Shown here: positions 20,139-29,711 of the stretch, in pieces
Numbering within the stretch: the stretch's first letter is position 1
How the letters are laid out: every line of letters starts with the position of its first letter
DNA from: a virus
Virus record (IMG/VR): IMGVR_UViG_3300042923_000241
Span: 1-64,000 of that record
Strand: one strand, 5' to 3'
DNA: 64,000 nucleotides
Notes under the pieces: model-generated
Databases searched by the model: none
Seen by the model: the letters and a program-made list of their open reading frames with translations, nothing else
Told to the model about the DNA's origin: nothing
Made by a program: the position numbers and the translations under genes

Positions 20139-20298
20139 CAAAAATAGTAGAGAAACGCAAAACAAAAACACGGCATTGCCTAAATGCTCCTTTTGTTGGA
20201 AGTCGCCAAAAGATTCTTTAATAGCAAACAAAACGATGGAAGTTTTTATTTGCGCTGAGTGTATAGATGCTTGCAATCAGATTATTTCAAAAAAATGA
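20131..20298 (+). CDS. Stand-alone ClpX C4-type zinc-finger protein
   Basis: CSFCWKS...LIA...VFICAECIDACNQII. Confidence 0.8.
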   Translation: MNNKNSRETQNKNTALPKCSFCWKSPKDSLIANKTMEVFICAECIDACNQIISKK

Positions 20299-20315
20299 AA
20301 GTGGAGGAATGAAAT

Positions 20316-20741
20316 ATGAATCAATGTCAATTCGTCGGAAGACTAACCGCAGACCCAGAAGTCCGATACACGAAGACAGGCAAAGCGGTCGCATCGTTTA
20401 CCCTAGCTGTCAATCGTAATGCATATTCTTCACAGAGAGAGCCGAACGAAAAGGAACCTGCCGACTTCGTCCCTATTGTGGCGTGGGAGAAGCTTGCTGA
20501 AATGACAGGTAACAACCTAGCAAAAGGCAGCCGTGTCTTTGTACAGGGCAGATTACAGATTCGCTCATATGAGACTCAGGACGGACAGAAACGTCGAGTT
20601 AGCGAGATTGTGGCAGATATTATTGCGCCGAATTTTGAGATAGCTAAAGACAATAACAGGCAACAACCGCCACAAGCTGATGCAAAAGCAGCGTTCGGCG
20701 GCAGAGAAGTGTTTCCGCCAGAAGAAGAAATCCCATTTTGA
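20316..20741 (+). CDS. ssb: Single-stranded DNA-binding protein
   Basis: GRLTADPEVRYT..G.AVA.F.LAVNR; acidic EEEIPF tail. Confidence 0.95.
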   Translation: MNQCQFVGRLTADPEVRYTKTGKAVASFTLAVNRNAYSSQREPNEKEPADFVPIVAWEKLAEMTGNNLAKGSRVFVQGRLQIRSYETQDGQKRRVSEIVADIIAPNFEIAKDNNRQQPPQADAKAAFGGREVFPPEEEIPF

Positions 20742-20752
20742 GGTGACAAAAC

Positions 20753-21355
20753 ATGGACAACTTCACACAATCACCAGGCAACCAATTTTCCAGACTGAAT
20801 CTGCTGCAACAGTTCATGGCAAATCACAAAGGCTTCATTGCCGGAGGTTGTTTCAAAAATCTATTCAGCAACGAAAGAATCAAAGACGTTGACATCTTTT
20901 TTGAAAACGAAATTGACTTTTTCAACGCAGTAAGATATTTCGACAACGATTCAGATTATGTTAAACGCTACGAAAACAAAAAGGTTGTTGCCTACAAGAA
21001 CACCAAAAACAACATCGTCATTGAGTTGATTCGTAGCGTGTTCGGAAGTCCTAAAGAGATAATTGACAAATTCGACTTCTCAATAACTAAGTTTGCCTAT
21101 TACAAACAAGAGAATGGCGAATCAGTCAGTTATGAAGCTGTGTATCACGAAAAATTCTTTGAACATCTGCACTTAAAGCGGTTGGTGCTGAATAAACAAA
21201 TATACTTTCCTGTATCAACTTTTGAGCGGTCTTTGCGATACACAAAATACGGATACGGACTATGCAGAGAGAGTAAAGAAAATCTCATCAGTGCGATAAG
21301 AGAAACGCAGATTTTAGACGGAATCAGTAACAGTCTTTATGATGGAGTTGATTAG
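20753..21355 (+). CDS. Nucleotidyltransferase (CCA/polyA polymerase head-like)
   Basis: FIAGGCFK...KDVDIFF...FDFSITK. Confidence 0.75.
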   Translation: MDNFTQSPGNQFSRLNLLQQFMANHKGFIAGGCFKNLFSNERIKDVDIFFENEIDFFNAVRYFDNDSDYVKRYENKKVVAYKNTKNNIVIELIRSVFGSPKEIIDKFDFSITKFAYYKQENGESVSYEAVYHEKFFEHLHLKRLVLNKQIYFPVSTFERSLRYTKYGYGLCRESKENLISAIRETQILDGISNSLYDGVD

Positions 21356-21967
21356 CAATGAGTTGGCGTGAACACTCAAAATCAGTAATTCGTCAAGCCG
21401 TAACCGAACTGTCGCCGACAATTCCAGATGCTAACGAATTGTTTAAGCACATCAGCCTAAAATACTATCCTTTCGGCGAACGTGACTATCATCCGTACAA
21501 GCAATGGCTGAAAGTGCTTGCTGATGAGAAAAAGATTTATGTCTGGAAGAACAAGCCTAAAACTGAAACAGAAAATGTGAACGTGGGGATGTTTGAATAA
21601 TTATGCAAGAAACAACTGCGACTTATAAACGATACTACTGCCCCGTATGCGGACAAGCGATTGTTGTAGTTCCTGATAATGCCAATGCAAGCGGAAACGC
21701 CTTCATCAGATGCGTCTGCATGACGGTACTTAGAATCGGACTAAAGCGCAAGAATGGCGAGGTTGTGTTTACGGTGTTGGGGAGGAAGTAACATGAACGA
21801 CATAGACAAATGGAAACTTCGCGCACACCAAATAGCGGAGCAGCAAGGCAAACCAATGCGGGTAGTTAGACATCCGAGAGGTGAATTTCAAATATCGGCA
21901 GACACGGGGAAACATCCTGTACCAGACTACCTTAATTATGTACAGGTATACTCCACGAGGGAACAAG

Positions 21968-22600
21968 ATGCCAAAATTTAAAGACTTAACAAATATGAAG
22001 TTTGGAAAGTTAACCGTTTTGCGTCGAGCAGAAAACAAAAGTAAACTCACTAGGTGGGAGTGTATGTGCGATTGTGGAAACAAAACGACCGTTTATGCTA
22101 TCGCGCTAATGAGGGGAGCAACAAAGGGTTGCGGTTGCCTTAGACACGAAACTAAGGCGCGGTATAGGCACGGCAAGACGTGCGACAAAATTCATGGTGT
22201 TTGGAATACGATGCTTCAAAGATGTTTTAATCCAAATATTGAAAAATATAAAAATTATGGTGGTCGCGGCATTACGGTATGTGAAAGATGGTTGGATTTT
22301 GAAAACTTTTTATCAGATATGGGCGAACCGCCAAAAGGTTATTCTTTAGATAGAATTGACAATTTTGGCAACTATGAACCAGATAATTGCAAGTGGTCAA
22401 CACAAGAACAACAACAGAATAATAAGCGTAATAACATTATTATTGAATATAACGGCGAGGTTCATACATTAGCAGAATGGTCTACGAAACTTAATGTTAG
22501 ATATGGCTCTCTTTGGAATCGCTATAAAAGAAAATGGAGCACAAAAGAAATGTTTGAAACACCACTTAAAACTTATTACAAGGGAGGATTGGCAAGGTGA
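21968..22600 (+). CDS. HNH-type homing endonuclease-like protein
   Basis: DLTNMKFGKLTV, WECMCDCG, YGGRGITVC, SLDRIDNFGNYEPDNCKW. Confidence 0.85.
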   Translation: MPKFKDLTNMKFGKLTVLRRAENKSKLTRWECMCDCGNKTTVYAIALMRGATKGCGCLRHETKARYRHGKTCDKIHGVWNTMLQRCFNPNIEKYKNYGGRGITVCERWLDFENFLSDMGEPPKGYSLDRIDNFGNYEPDNCKWSTQEQQQNNKRNNIIIEYNGEVHTLAEWSTKLNVRYGSLWNRYKRKWSTKEMFETPLKTYYKGGLAR

Positions 22601-23139
22601 CTAATTGGGACAAAGCCTTAGAAGCGATTGACTTAGAATCGCAACTAGCAAAATGCGAAAATTGTCCTTGTTCGCAAGTTGCGGGTTGCATCAGTTGCGG
22701 TCATTATCACCACGATTGCGCCGACTCTGATTGTAGTACAAGCCATATTATACCGCCAGGAAAACTCAGATTATGTTCGGCAGATGACTGCGTTATGACA
22801 ATGATTAAATTGCAACGAGAGAATGAGCAAATGAAAGCGGAATTGGGAGGGCTTAACAATGACAAAACTTTACGGCGCATCAGATGATTTAATTGAATTA
22901 CATGGCGACTTATACGAAGAATTTGACCGCTACGACAGCGAAGGCGACTATCTGGCTTTCTCTGACGGAACAGTCGTTTTTATGTACTACGACGATAACG
23001 GAATTTGGAGAATCAGAGTTGACTTCAAAGGCGGTTTGTTTGATCGAAAAGAGGAAGGCGACATTGAAAGTGACACAAACGATGTTGTTTACTTCAAAGA
23101 CGGTTTGAAGTGGTGTGTGATTGGGAAGGAGCTGGCAAA

Positions 23140-23481
23140 ATGAATCTTGATTTAGCGAAGATTAGAGCGACGGCTGAAAATGCGACTCCGGGGCCGTGGA
23201 TAGCCTTTTCAGATGAAATATGCATTGCGACGGAGCAAGAGGTCGGACTACGGTATCCGACAATTGCATCGAATATTGATAGTCGAAAAAAATGGTTTAA
23301 TTATGCTGATTCTCAATTTATCGCAACCGTCAATCCTCAAACAGTCATTGCTCTGCTTGATTTGGTGGAATCACTAAAATGTTGCGGGAATTGTAAGCAC
23401 TTCGGCGATTGGGAACCTGATAATATTTGCGCCACTCAATGCGATGTTGAAAAGTTTAGCCTGTGGGAAATGTCAAAATGA
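23140..23481 (+). CDS. Ead/Ea22-like protein
   Basis: AENATPGPW...DSQFIATVNPQTVIALLD. Confidence 0.7.
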   Translation: MNLDLAKIRATAENATPGPWIAFSDEICIATEQEVGLRYPTIASNIDSRKKWFNYADSQFIATVNPQTVIALLDLVESLKCCGNCKHFGDWEPDNICATQCDVEKFSLWEMSK

Positions 23482-23846
23482 AACTAATCATTCCCGGTAA
23501 GCTCCCCGGTCTAAACGAATACGTAAAAGCCTGTCGCGCTAACAGATATGCCGGGGCGCAGATGAAGCAAAAAGCTGAAGATGGAATAAAAGTTGAGATT
23601 GGCAGACAACTTGGCGACAAAAAGTTTGAGTCAGTAAGACTTGCCTTTCATTGGTTTGAACAGAACAAACGCAGGGATTTTGACAACATAGCCTTTGCCA
23701 AAAAGTTTCTATTGGACGCATTGCAAGCGACAGGGACATTAAAAAATGACGGTTGGAATCAGATTGCCGGATTCAGCGATACGTTTTCAGTGGACAAGAA
23801 GTGTCCTAGAATTGAAGTCGAAATTCAGGAGGTTGTTTCACCATGA
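23478..23846 (+). CDS. rusA: RusA-like Holliday junction resolvase
   Basis: RRDFDNIAFAKKFLLDAL...LKND; PRIEVEI. Confidence 0.85.
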   Translation: MKLIIPGKLPGLNEYVKACRANRYAGAQMKQKAEDGIKVEIGRQLGDKKFESVRLAFHWFEQNKRRDFDNIAFAKKFLLDALQATGTLKNDGWNQIAGFSDTFSVDKKCPRIEVEIQEVVSP

Positions 23847-24081
23847 AACCAATTCGTTGCATCTACTGTGGCGCAATAGAAGGTGAACCAATTGAAGAAT
23901 TAGTGCCTGTGCCTAGTATGCGTTGGGAAGGCGATTGGCAACATGTAGACTTTCATCGTGAAGTCGTCAGAGAAGTGTCGTTTAATTCAATTGAAAATCG
24001 AGATGGCGAAACAGAGTATGTCTGTTCGGAATGTCGGCAGAGGTTTACTTTTAGGGAAATAAAAGAGTCGGAGGTAAACAA

Positions 24082-24714
24082 ATGAGCAGTAGCAGTTTAT
24101 GGGTAATGGATAAAAACTTCAACGGTGAATGTCTGAAAGAATTCAGTAATTCTTGGTGGTTTGCACCTATGGCGTGGGATATTTTGCTCAACAAATATAT
24201 TCCAGGGAAACCGTGGGAAGAAAAACGGCACTTTATCAGTTCTGTGATGTTCGATGATACATTGAACGGTAGACTAAACGAAAAAATTAATAATTCGTCA
24301 GTTCAAGAAGATCGCGTATTATGGGAACTTGGCAATCAACAGATTTTCTTCACGAAGGACAACCATTTTGTTGCTGATGCGATAAATAAATTTCTGACAA
24401 CAAACAGCCGTTGGGCGACAGAACTTGGCGCACACATTTTTACTAGGTTTGCCGAGGTCGCTGGCGAAATCAGGTCGCTTGACGAAAACCAGTATCCGTA
24501 TTTCATATTAAAAAACACAAGCTGTGATGACAATGTTGAATGGTGGTTTGAAAAGTATGACGAGGAAACGGACGAATACGAATCGGTTTCTCTGGATAAA
24601 GTGGACAAGTTTGCGGCAGAGTTTGTGATCGTAGAAGACAACAAGATAGCAGAGTTTATCAGCAATGTTGATTATTTCAAGGAGAAAACCCAATGTTTGA
24701 CGGACGTAAAGTAG
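24082..24714 (+). CDS. Phage hypothetical protein
   Basis: GGAGG RBS, 210 aa. Confidence 0.7.
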   Translation: MSSSSLWVMDKNFNGECLKEFSNSWWFAPMAWDILLNKYIPGKPWEEKRHFISSVMFDDTLNGRLNEKINNSSVQEDRVLWELGNQQIFFTKDNHFVADAINKFLTTNSRWATELGAHIFTRFAEVAGEIRSLDENQYPYFILKNTSCDDNVEWWFEKYDEETDEYESVSLDKVDKFAAEFVIVEDNKIAEFISNVDYFKEKTQCLTDVK

Positions 24715-25496
24715 CCTTCAAAGCCTTATTCGGCAGTCACAACTACAATTTGAATACGCCAGAATCAGACCGTGACTATAAATATTTTATCATTCCGACA
24801 TTTGAGGACTTGTATCGAGGAAAATTCTTCTCCACCTCCAAAGTTGGACAGGGCGAAGATTATGACGTTCACGATATTAGGCAATTGCCTAGTTTGTGGT
24901 GGAAAAGTAACATCAACTTCTTGGAAGTGCTGTTTAGTGAAGAAGTTGAGGTTCCGCATACAGATAACATTGTGAATGTTATGGGTGGAGATAGCGAACT
25001 TCCCGTATATCAATATACAGAAAGCACAACGCTTGATTATCCGCAGTTGACTCAAATATTCTCAATGCGTGACAAAATCGTCCGAATGAATCTGCCATAT
25101 CTGTTCAATGCCTGTATCGGTATGCACTATAACAAAATGAAGCTACTTGAAAAAGGAACAGCAGGGACGCAACATTTGGTTGACAAGTTTGGGTGGGATT
25201 GCAAGCAAGGACTTCATGCACTAAGGGTATTAGATTTTCTGATTCGTTTTCACGCAAGAGACTTTGCAGATTTTAAGGGTGCAATTACTTACGACGAAAG
25301 CGAAAGGGTAGCAATGCTGATGCTAAAAAGAGGTCTGATTTCCCTTGAAGGATTTCGAGGGATTGCTAGTGCGATGCTTGCTGATATTCAATACAAATTA
25401 ACTGACGCCTACCAATCTCAGAAACCGGACGAGCAGACCCGCGAAGAAGTTGACAATCTGATTATGGAATTGGTCAAGTCAGAAATTGGGAGGTAA
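24693..25496 (+). CDS. Pol-beta-fold nucleotidyltransferase (RlaP / T4 NrdC.11-like)
   Basis: FGSHNYNLNTPESDRD; NINFLEVLFS; K..HALR. Confidence 0.8.
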   Translation: MFDGRKVAFKALFGSHNYNLNTPESDRDYKYFIIPTFEDLYRGKFFSTSKVGQGEDYDVHDIRQLPSLWWKSNINFLEVLFSEEVEVPHTDNIVNVMGGDSELPVYQYTESTTLDYPQLTQIFSMRDKIVRMNLPYLFNACIGMHYNKMKLLEKGTAGTQHLVDKFGWDCKQGLHALRVLDFLIRFHARDFADFKGAITYDESERVAMLMLKRGLISLEGFRGIASAMLADIQYKLTDAYQSQKPDEQTREEVDNLIMELVKSEIGR

Positions 25497-25498
25497 AT

Positions 25499-25873
25499 TT
25501 GCGAAAATGCGTATTAGCAACATTAATCCTATTCGCGCTGTTTACTCAACCTGCGTCTTGTATGGCGCAGGAAGGCATAGCAAGGCAAACAATGGTGTAT
25601 TCCGTCGAAGCAACTGCCTACACGCTATTTGACGAGGACTGTACAGGAATAGCGTTTGACGGCAATCCTGCTGTACCTTTCGAGACGATTGCGGTTGACC
25701 CTGATGTTATACCGCTAGGTAGTAGGGTTTTCGTGCCTAGTATGGGTTGGTTTACTGCACATGATACGGGTGGTGCGATACAGGAAATGAAGATCGATGT
25801 TTGCGTTGATTCAACAGAAACAGCTTTTTCATGGGGCCGTCAGCAAATTAACATAATTGTCATAACGCCATAA
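25499..25873 (+). CDS. Secreted 3D-domain (lytic transglycosylase-like) protein
   Basis: Signal peptide; ATAYT, IAVDPDVIPLGS, DTGGAI..KIDV. Confidence 0.9.
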   Translation: MRKCVLATLILFALFTQPASCMAQEGIARQTMVYSVEATAYTLFDEDCTGIAFDGNPAVPFETIAVDPDVIPLGSRVFVPSMGWFTAHDTGGAIQEMKIDVCVDSTETAFSWGRQQINIIVITP

Positions 25874-25952
25874 AAAAATGCCCACTCCAACACGACTATC
25901 GGAGTAGGCGAGAATTTCAGCTAATAAAGTCTATGTGAGAGGAAGAGAGTTT

Positions 25953-26333
25953 ATGCGAGAAAACATTGCGTCAATTAGTGAATTGACCGAAAGAATATAT
26001 AAAAATGCCATTTCCAAAGGATGGTATGAAGAAGAAAGGTCATTCGGCGACATTATATCCCTGTGTCATGCGGAACTATCCGAAGCGTTAGAGGAATATC
26101 GCAACGGACACAAACCAAACGATATTTACTACTCTGTTTCTGAAAAGTCCGTAACGAATGGCAAGTTTGAAAACGACTTGAAGCCGGAAGGAATTCCGAT
26201 TGAGTTGGCAGATGTGGTCATTAGAATAATGGATTATTGCGGTCATGTTGGCATTGACCTGCAATCTGCTATCGAAATAAAAATGGCGTATAACGAGTCA
26301 AGAAGTTATAAACACGGGGGAAAGGTAATTTAA
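25953..26333 (+). CDS. MazG-like NTP pyrophosphohydrolase
   Basis: LCHAELSEALEE...ELADVVIRIMD...KMAYN..R.YKHG. Confidence 0.85.
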   Translation: MRENIASISELTERIYKNAISKGWYEEERSFGDIISLCHAELSEALEEYRNGHKPNDIYYSVSEKSVTNGKFENDLKPEGIPIELADVVIRIMDYCGHVGIDLQSAIEIKMAYNESRSYKHGGKVI

Positions 26334-26349
26334 GAATGGAGGTTTCTTA

Positions 26350-27009
26350 ATGACCAACTTAACAGACCGCCTACAAAAAGGCGTAACTAAAGTTGACAAT
26401 AACGTCTATGCGATTGCTTGCGATAAAGAGGATTTGGACAGGTTGATTAAGGCTGTTGGGGAGAATGCCGAATTAAGGCGGCAGGTTGATGAATTGACCA
26501 CACAAAACAGCGGCTTGCTTCAAGATTATTTTGCCAAAGACAGAGAGGTTACAAAATATCTTTGTTTGTCGGTTGAAATTCAAGACAAGTTGGATAAAAG
26601 TCAGTTAAAGATCATAGATCAACAATTAAAATTACAAACTCGTGACCTTGAACTAGATGGATTAAAAGATACGCTACAAATTGCTATCAACAACGGTGAT
26701 AACTGGCAGGAATCGTGGCGTAAAGCTAAAGATAAATTCGCCGCCCGTGAAGCGGAACTATCCTTGGTAAAATTCAAACTGGATAGTCTCGCAGATATGT
26801 ATAAAGATATTAGGCACAATAATGAATTGCTAAAAATGGCACTAAAAGCGGCTAACTCCAAATCTCTAGAAGATTATTCTCCATATTATGCCTACGACCC
26901 CGACCAGGACGTTGAACAGTTAAAATCACTTTGTAACGGAGTAATCGTTCATATCCCGGTTGATTGGTTAACTGAATTACTGGCAGACAGGGACAAGTCT
27001 AATGCGTAA
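26350..27009 (+). CDS. Coiled-coil hypothetical protein
   Basis: GGAGG RBS, heptad pattern. Confidence 0.65.
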   Translation: MTNLTDRLQKGVTKVDNNVYAIACDKEDLDRLIKAVGENAELRRQVDELTTQNSGLLQDYFAKDREVTKYLCLSVEIQDKLDKSQLKIIDQQLKLQTRDLELDGLKDTLQIAINNGDNWQESWRKAKDKFAAREAELSLVKFKLDSLADMYKDIRHNNELLKMALKAANSKSLEDYSPYYAYDPDQDVEQLKSLCNGVIVHIPVDWLTELLADRDKSNA

Positions 27010-27305
27010 CTGTTGCATCATCAAAGGCAATCGAAGCGAGAGCAGAACTGTCAACTGGCAGATAAGACAATTGAAGAAGCGGGAGGGGAAGAAATGAAAG
27101 TATATAAAGTGACACAGGATGGCGAATGGTGTGCATATGCAAAGCTTGATGATGCTTTTCAGCATCTAGTCGACGAATTGGAATCAACGATATGTGACCT
27201 TGTTGTAGGTCAAAGAACCCCTGATATTCATATCGAGGTTGACGAAATGACCGAAGAAGAATATGCAAGTTTGCCAGAATTTGACGGGTTTTAGGAGGTA
27301 GCGCA

Positions 27306-27797
27306 ATGTATAAACTTAAATGCTTTGAAGGAACAGAACCGAGAATTGGCGTGACCGACGAATTTATAAATCGAAACAAATTATCAATTAACCAAGAAGC
27401 AGCAAAGAAGCTTCTTGAGGATACAGGAGATATGTTCGGGTTTTCTAAAGAAGTCGCCATTGAATTTGTTGATTATGATACAGCAAAACCAAATCTTAAT
27501 AACACTTACATTACAAAGGTTGAATCAGGCGAAGTCGAGTTTAGTTTTATTGCTGATGTTAAAGAAGCAACGCAAGACTTTCTTGACTATATGGTGTTTG
27601 CATGGGACAAGGCTATGGGAGAAAGAGGAATATCGGCGGGAAGAAGCATTGAAAAGCTGTCTGCTTGGATGAAAATTCTAAACAGGCCAGATATTGCCGA
27701 TGTATTACAGAGCGGCTCGCTTTACTCTCCATATGGCAGACCCGCGCTTCGCAAGGCTTGCGAAATGCTAGAGATCAAATGCCCAAATTATCTTTAA
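27306..27797 (+). CDS. Phage hypothetical protein
   Basis: GGAGG RBS, 163 aa. Confidence 0.7.
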   Translation: MYKLKCFEGTEPRIGVTDEFINRNKLSINQEAAKKLLEDTGDMFGFSKEVAIEFVDYDTAKPNLNNTYITKVESGEVEFSFIADVKEATQDFLDYMVFAWDKAMGERGISAGRSIEKLSAWMKILNRPDIADVLQSGSLYSPYGRPALRKACEMLEIKCPNYL

Positions 27798-28062
27798 AGA
27801 TGGAGGTAGCAAATGTCAACAATTAAACATCAGCCGAACTGCCAGAAATGTGGCAGAAACGGTCAAATATATGAACCACGCGACTGCAAGAAAAAACTGC
27901 CGTTGGAATGTCCTGTCTGCACGGTTGAGAATAAAGCACATCGGTTGTCGCCTGTGAGATGGCAGTCGCTGGCTGGCATTTGCCCTGAGTGTACTGGTTA
28001 TAATGGTTATCCTGGTGATGGGCTGTGTAAGAGTTGCTATGAGAATAAGTACGGTGCTGATA

Positions 28063-28524
28063 ATGAGTAGGGCGAATCCGTTAAGGTGGAAGATTGGGAA
28101 AGAAAGAGAAAAGTGGAATGACCCTGTTGTCGAACCGTTGCTGTGGTCTATTCCTGCAAGAATCGCTAAGATGCAGTTGCAAACAATGCCGACTTGTATT
28201 CCCAACTATCAAAGCCTAGACATGCCAAGAGGAACCGATATAACCGACAGTACCGGCAAGTATGGCATAAAGAGGGCTACAAGCGATACGCTTTCCGTAT
28301 TTGGCATAGACGCAATAGTTTGTGTTGATGACCCCGATTTAATAACTTGCAAGAATGTCGAATTGATATTCAACATGTTACAAGATGACCTTCAAGACAT
28401 CTGTGAAATGTACTATTTTCAGAAGATGAAGCCTGCGGCGATTATTGAAGTTCTAGGCATTAGCGAGAGGACTTTCTACTATAAATTGCAAGAAATGAGA
28501 GAGTTTTTCAAAAGTATTGCATAA
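28063..28524 (+). CDS. ArpU/RinA-like late transcriptional activator
   Basis: Last gene of the middle operon; C-terminal sigma4-like HTH YYFQKMK...LGISERTFYY. Confidence 0.75.
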   Translation: MSRANPLRWKIGKEREKWNDPVVEPLLWSIPARIAKMQLQTMPTCIPNYQSLDMPRGTDITDSTGKYGIKRATSDTLSVFGIDAIVCVDDPDLITCKNVELIFNMLQDDLQDICEMYYFQKMKPAAIIEVLGISERTFYYKLQEMREFFKSIA

Positions 28525-28611
28525 TTGCAGAAAGTTTGCAGTATTAATGTATGGAACATTGCAGTAAGCGTGGGTTATACTAATACTATGAAATAGTATA
28601 TAAAAATCAAT

Positions 28612-28636
28612 GCCACTCAGAAATGAGTGGTTTTTT
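28612..28636 (+). terminator. Intrinsic terminator
   Basis: GCCACTCA-GAAA-TGAGTGGT followed by a T run. Confidence 0.75.
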
Positions 28637-28907
28637 CTTTATGTATTCGTAATAATCGGAGATGATAAGATGACATGAAAACCGACACTTTATTGCCAAT
28701 TTGCCTAGACTGCCTTTGGCTAACCAACAATATTTGCAAACATCCTCATCCTGCAAAACCGGATGAGATTCATATATGCTATGATGGCAAGGGAATTGTC
28801 CCTGATTTGATGTATCATAGTGGGACAGACTTGTACAAGCGTAACGGGAAATGGGTTCAGCGAAAGACCGTTGAAACTGTTGCTAAGAAAAAGAAATAGG
28901 TTAGAGT

Positions 28908-29711
28908 ATGAGAGAGGGAATGTGCGTGGGTGTTGAATATACGGTATATATGCACATTAACAAAACAAACAATAAGAAATATGTCGGCATAACCCGTGTT
29001 GATCCTGTAAAAAGGTGGAGTAACGGTAACGGTTATACAAAAAATAATCATTTCCACAAAGCTATTGAGAAGTATGGGTGGGATGGTTTTGAACATGAAA
29101 TACTATTTGAAAAATTAACAAAAAACGATGCTCGCAAAAAAGAAGCAGAATTGATACTTGAACACCAATCATTTAATAGAAACTATGGATACAATTTAAC
29201 ATATGGCGGTGAGTGTGGCGATGCCACTACGGAAGAAACGCGGGAAAAAATGAGGAAAGCAAACACCGGAAAACACCACTCAGAAGAAACACGACAAAAA
29301 ATAGGTAAAGCTAGTGCCGGTAGGCGGCATACAGAAGAAGCGCGACAAAAAATGAGTAAAGTGTGGTCTGGTGTGCGCCGTTCTAAAGAAACACGACAAA
29401 AAATGAGCGAAGCTAGAAAAGGACAACAAGGCACCATGTTAGGGAAAACGCATTCGCTTGAAGCACGTCAAAAAATAAGCAATGCCATGTCGGGGGAAAA
29501 CAATCCTATGTTTGGCAAGACGCTTTCGCTTGAAACAAAACAAAAAATTAGAGAAGCTAGAATTGGTAAGAAACAATCAGAATCTACGCGACAAAAAATA
29601 AGGGAAGCCAATAGTGGCAAGCGAATTTCCGAAGCTACACGACAAAAAATGTCAAATGCACAATTAGCTTGGCGCAATAACAAGAGTGTTGGCGAATTGG
29701 TGGCTCCCTAA
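28908..29711 (+). CDS. GIY-YIG homing endonuclease with NUMOD3 repeats
   Basis: TVY...KKYVGIT...RW; GYN; repeated HSEETRQKIS-type units. Confidence 0.9.
   Translation: MREGMCVGVEYTVYMHINKTNNKKYVGITRVDPVKRWSNGNGYTKNNHFHKAIEKYGWDGFEHEILFEKLTKNDARKKEAELILEHQSFNRNYGYNLTYGGECGDATTEETREKMRKANTGKHHSEETRQKIGKASAGRRHTEEARQKMSKVWSGVRRSKETRQKMSEARKGQQGTMLGKTHSLEARQKISNAMSGENNPMFGKTLSLETKQKIREARIGKKQSESTRQKIREANSGKRISEATRQKMSNAQLAWRNNKSVGELVAP

Noticed and set aside
29230-29660. Regularly spaced GAAACACGACAAAAAAT repeats as a CRISPR-like array
   Set aside because: They are in-frame NUMOD3 protein repeats
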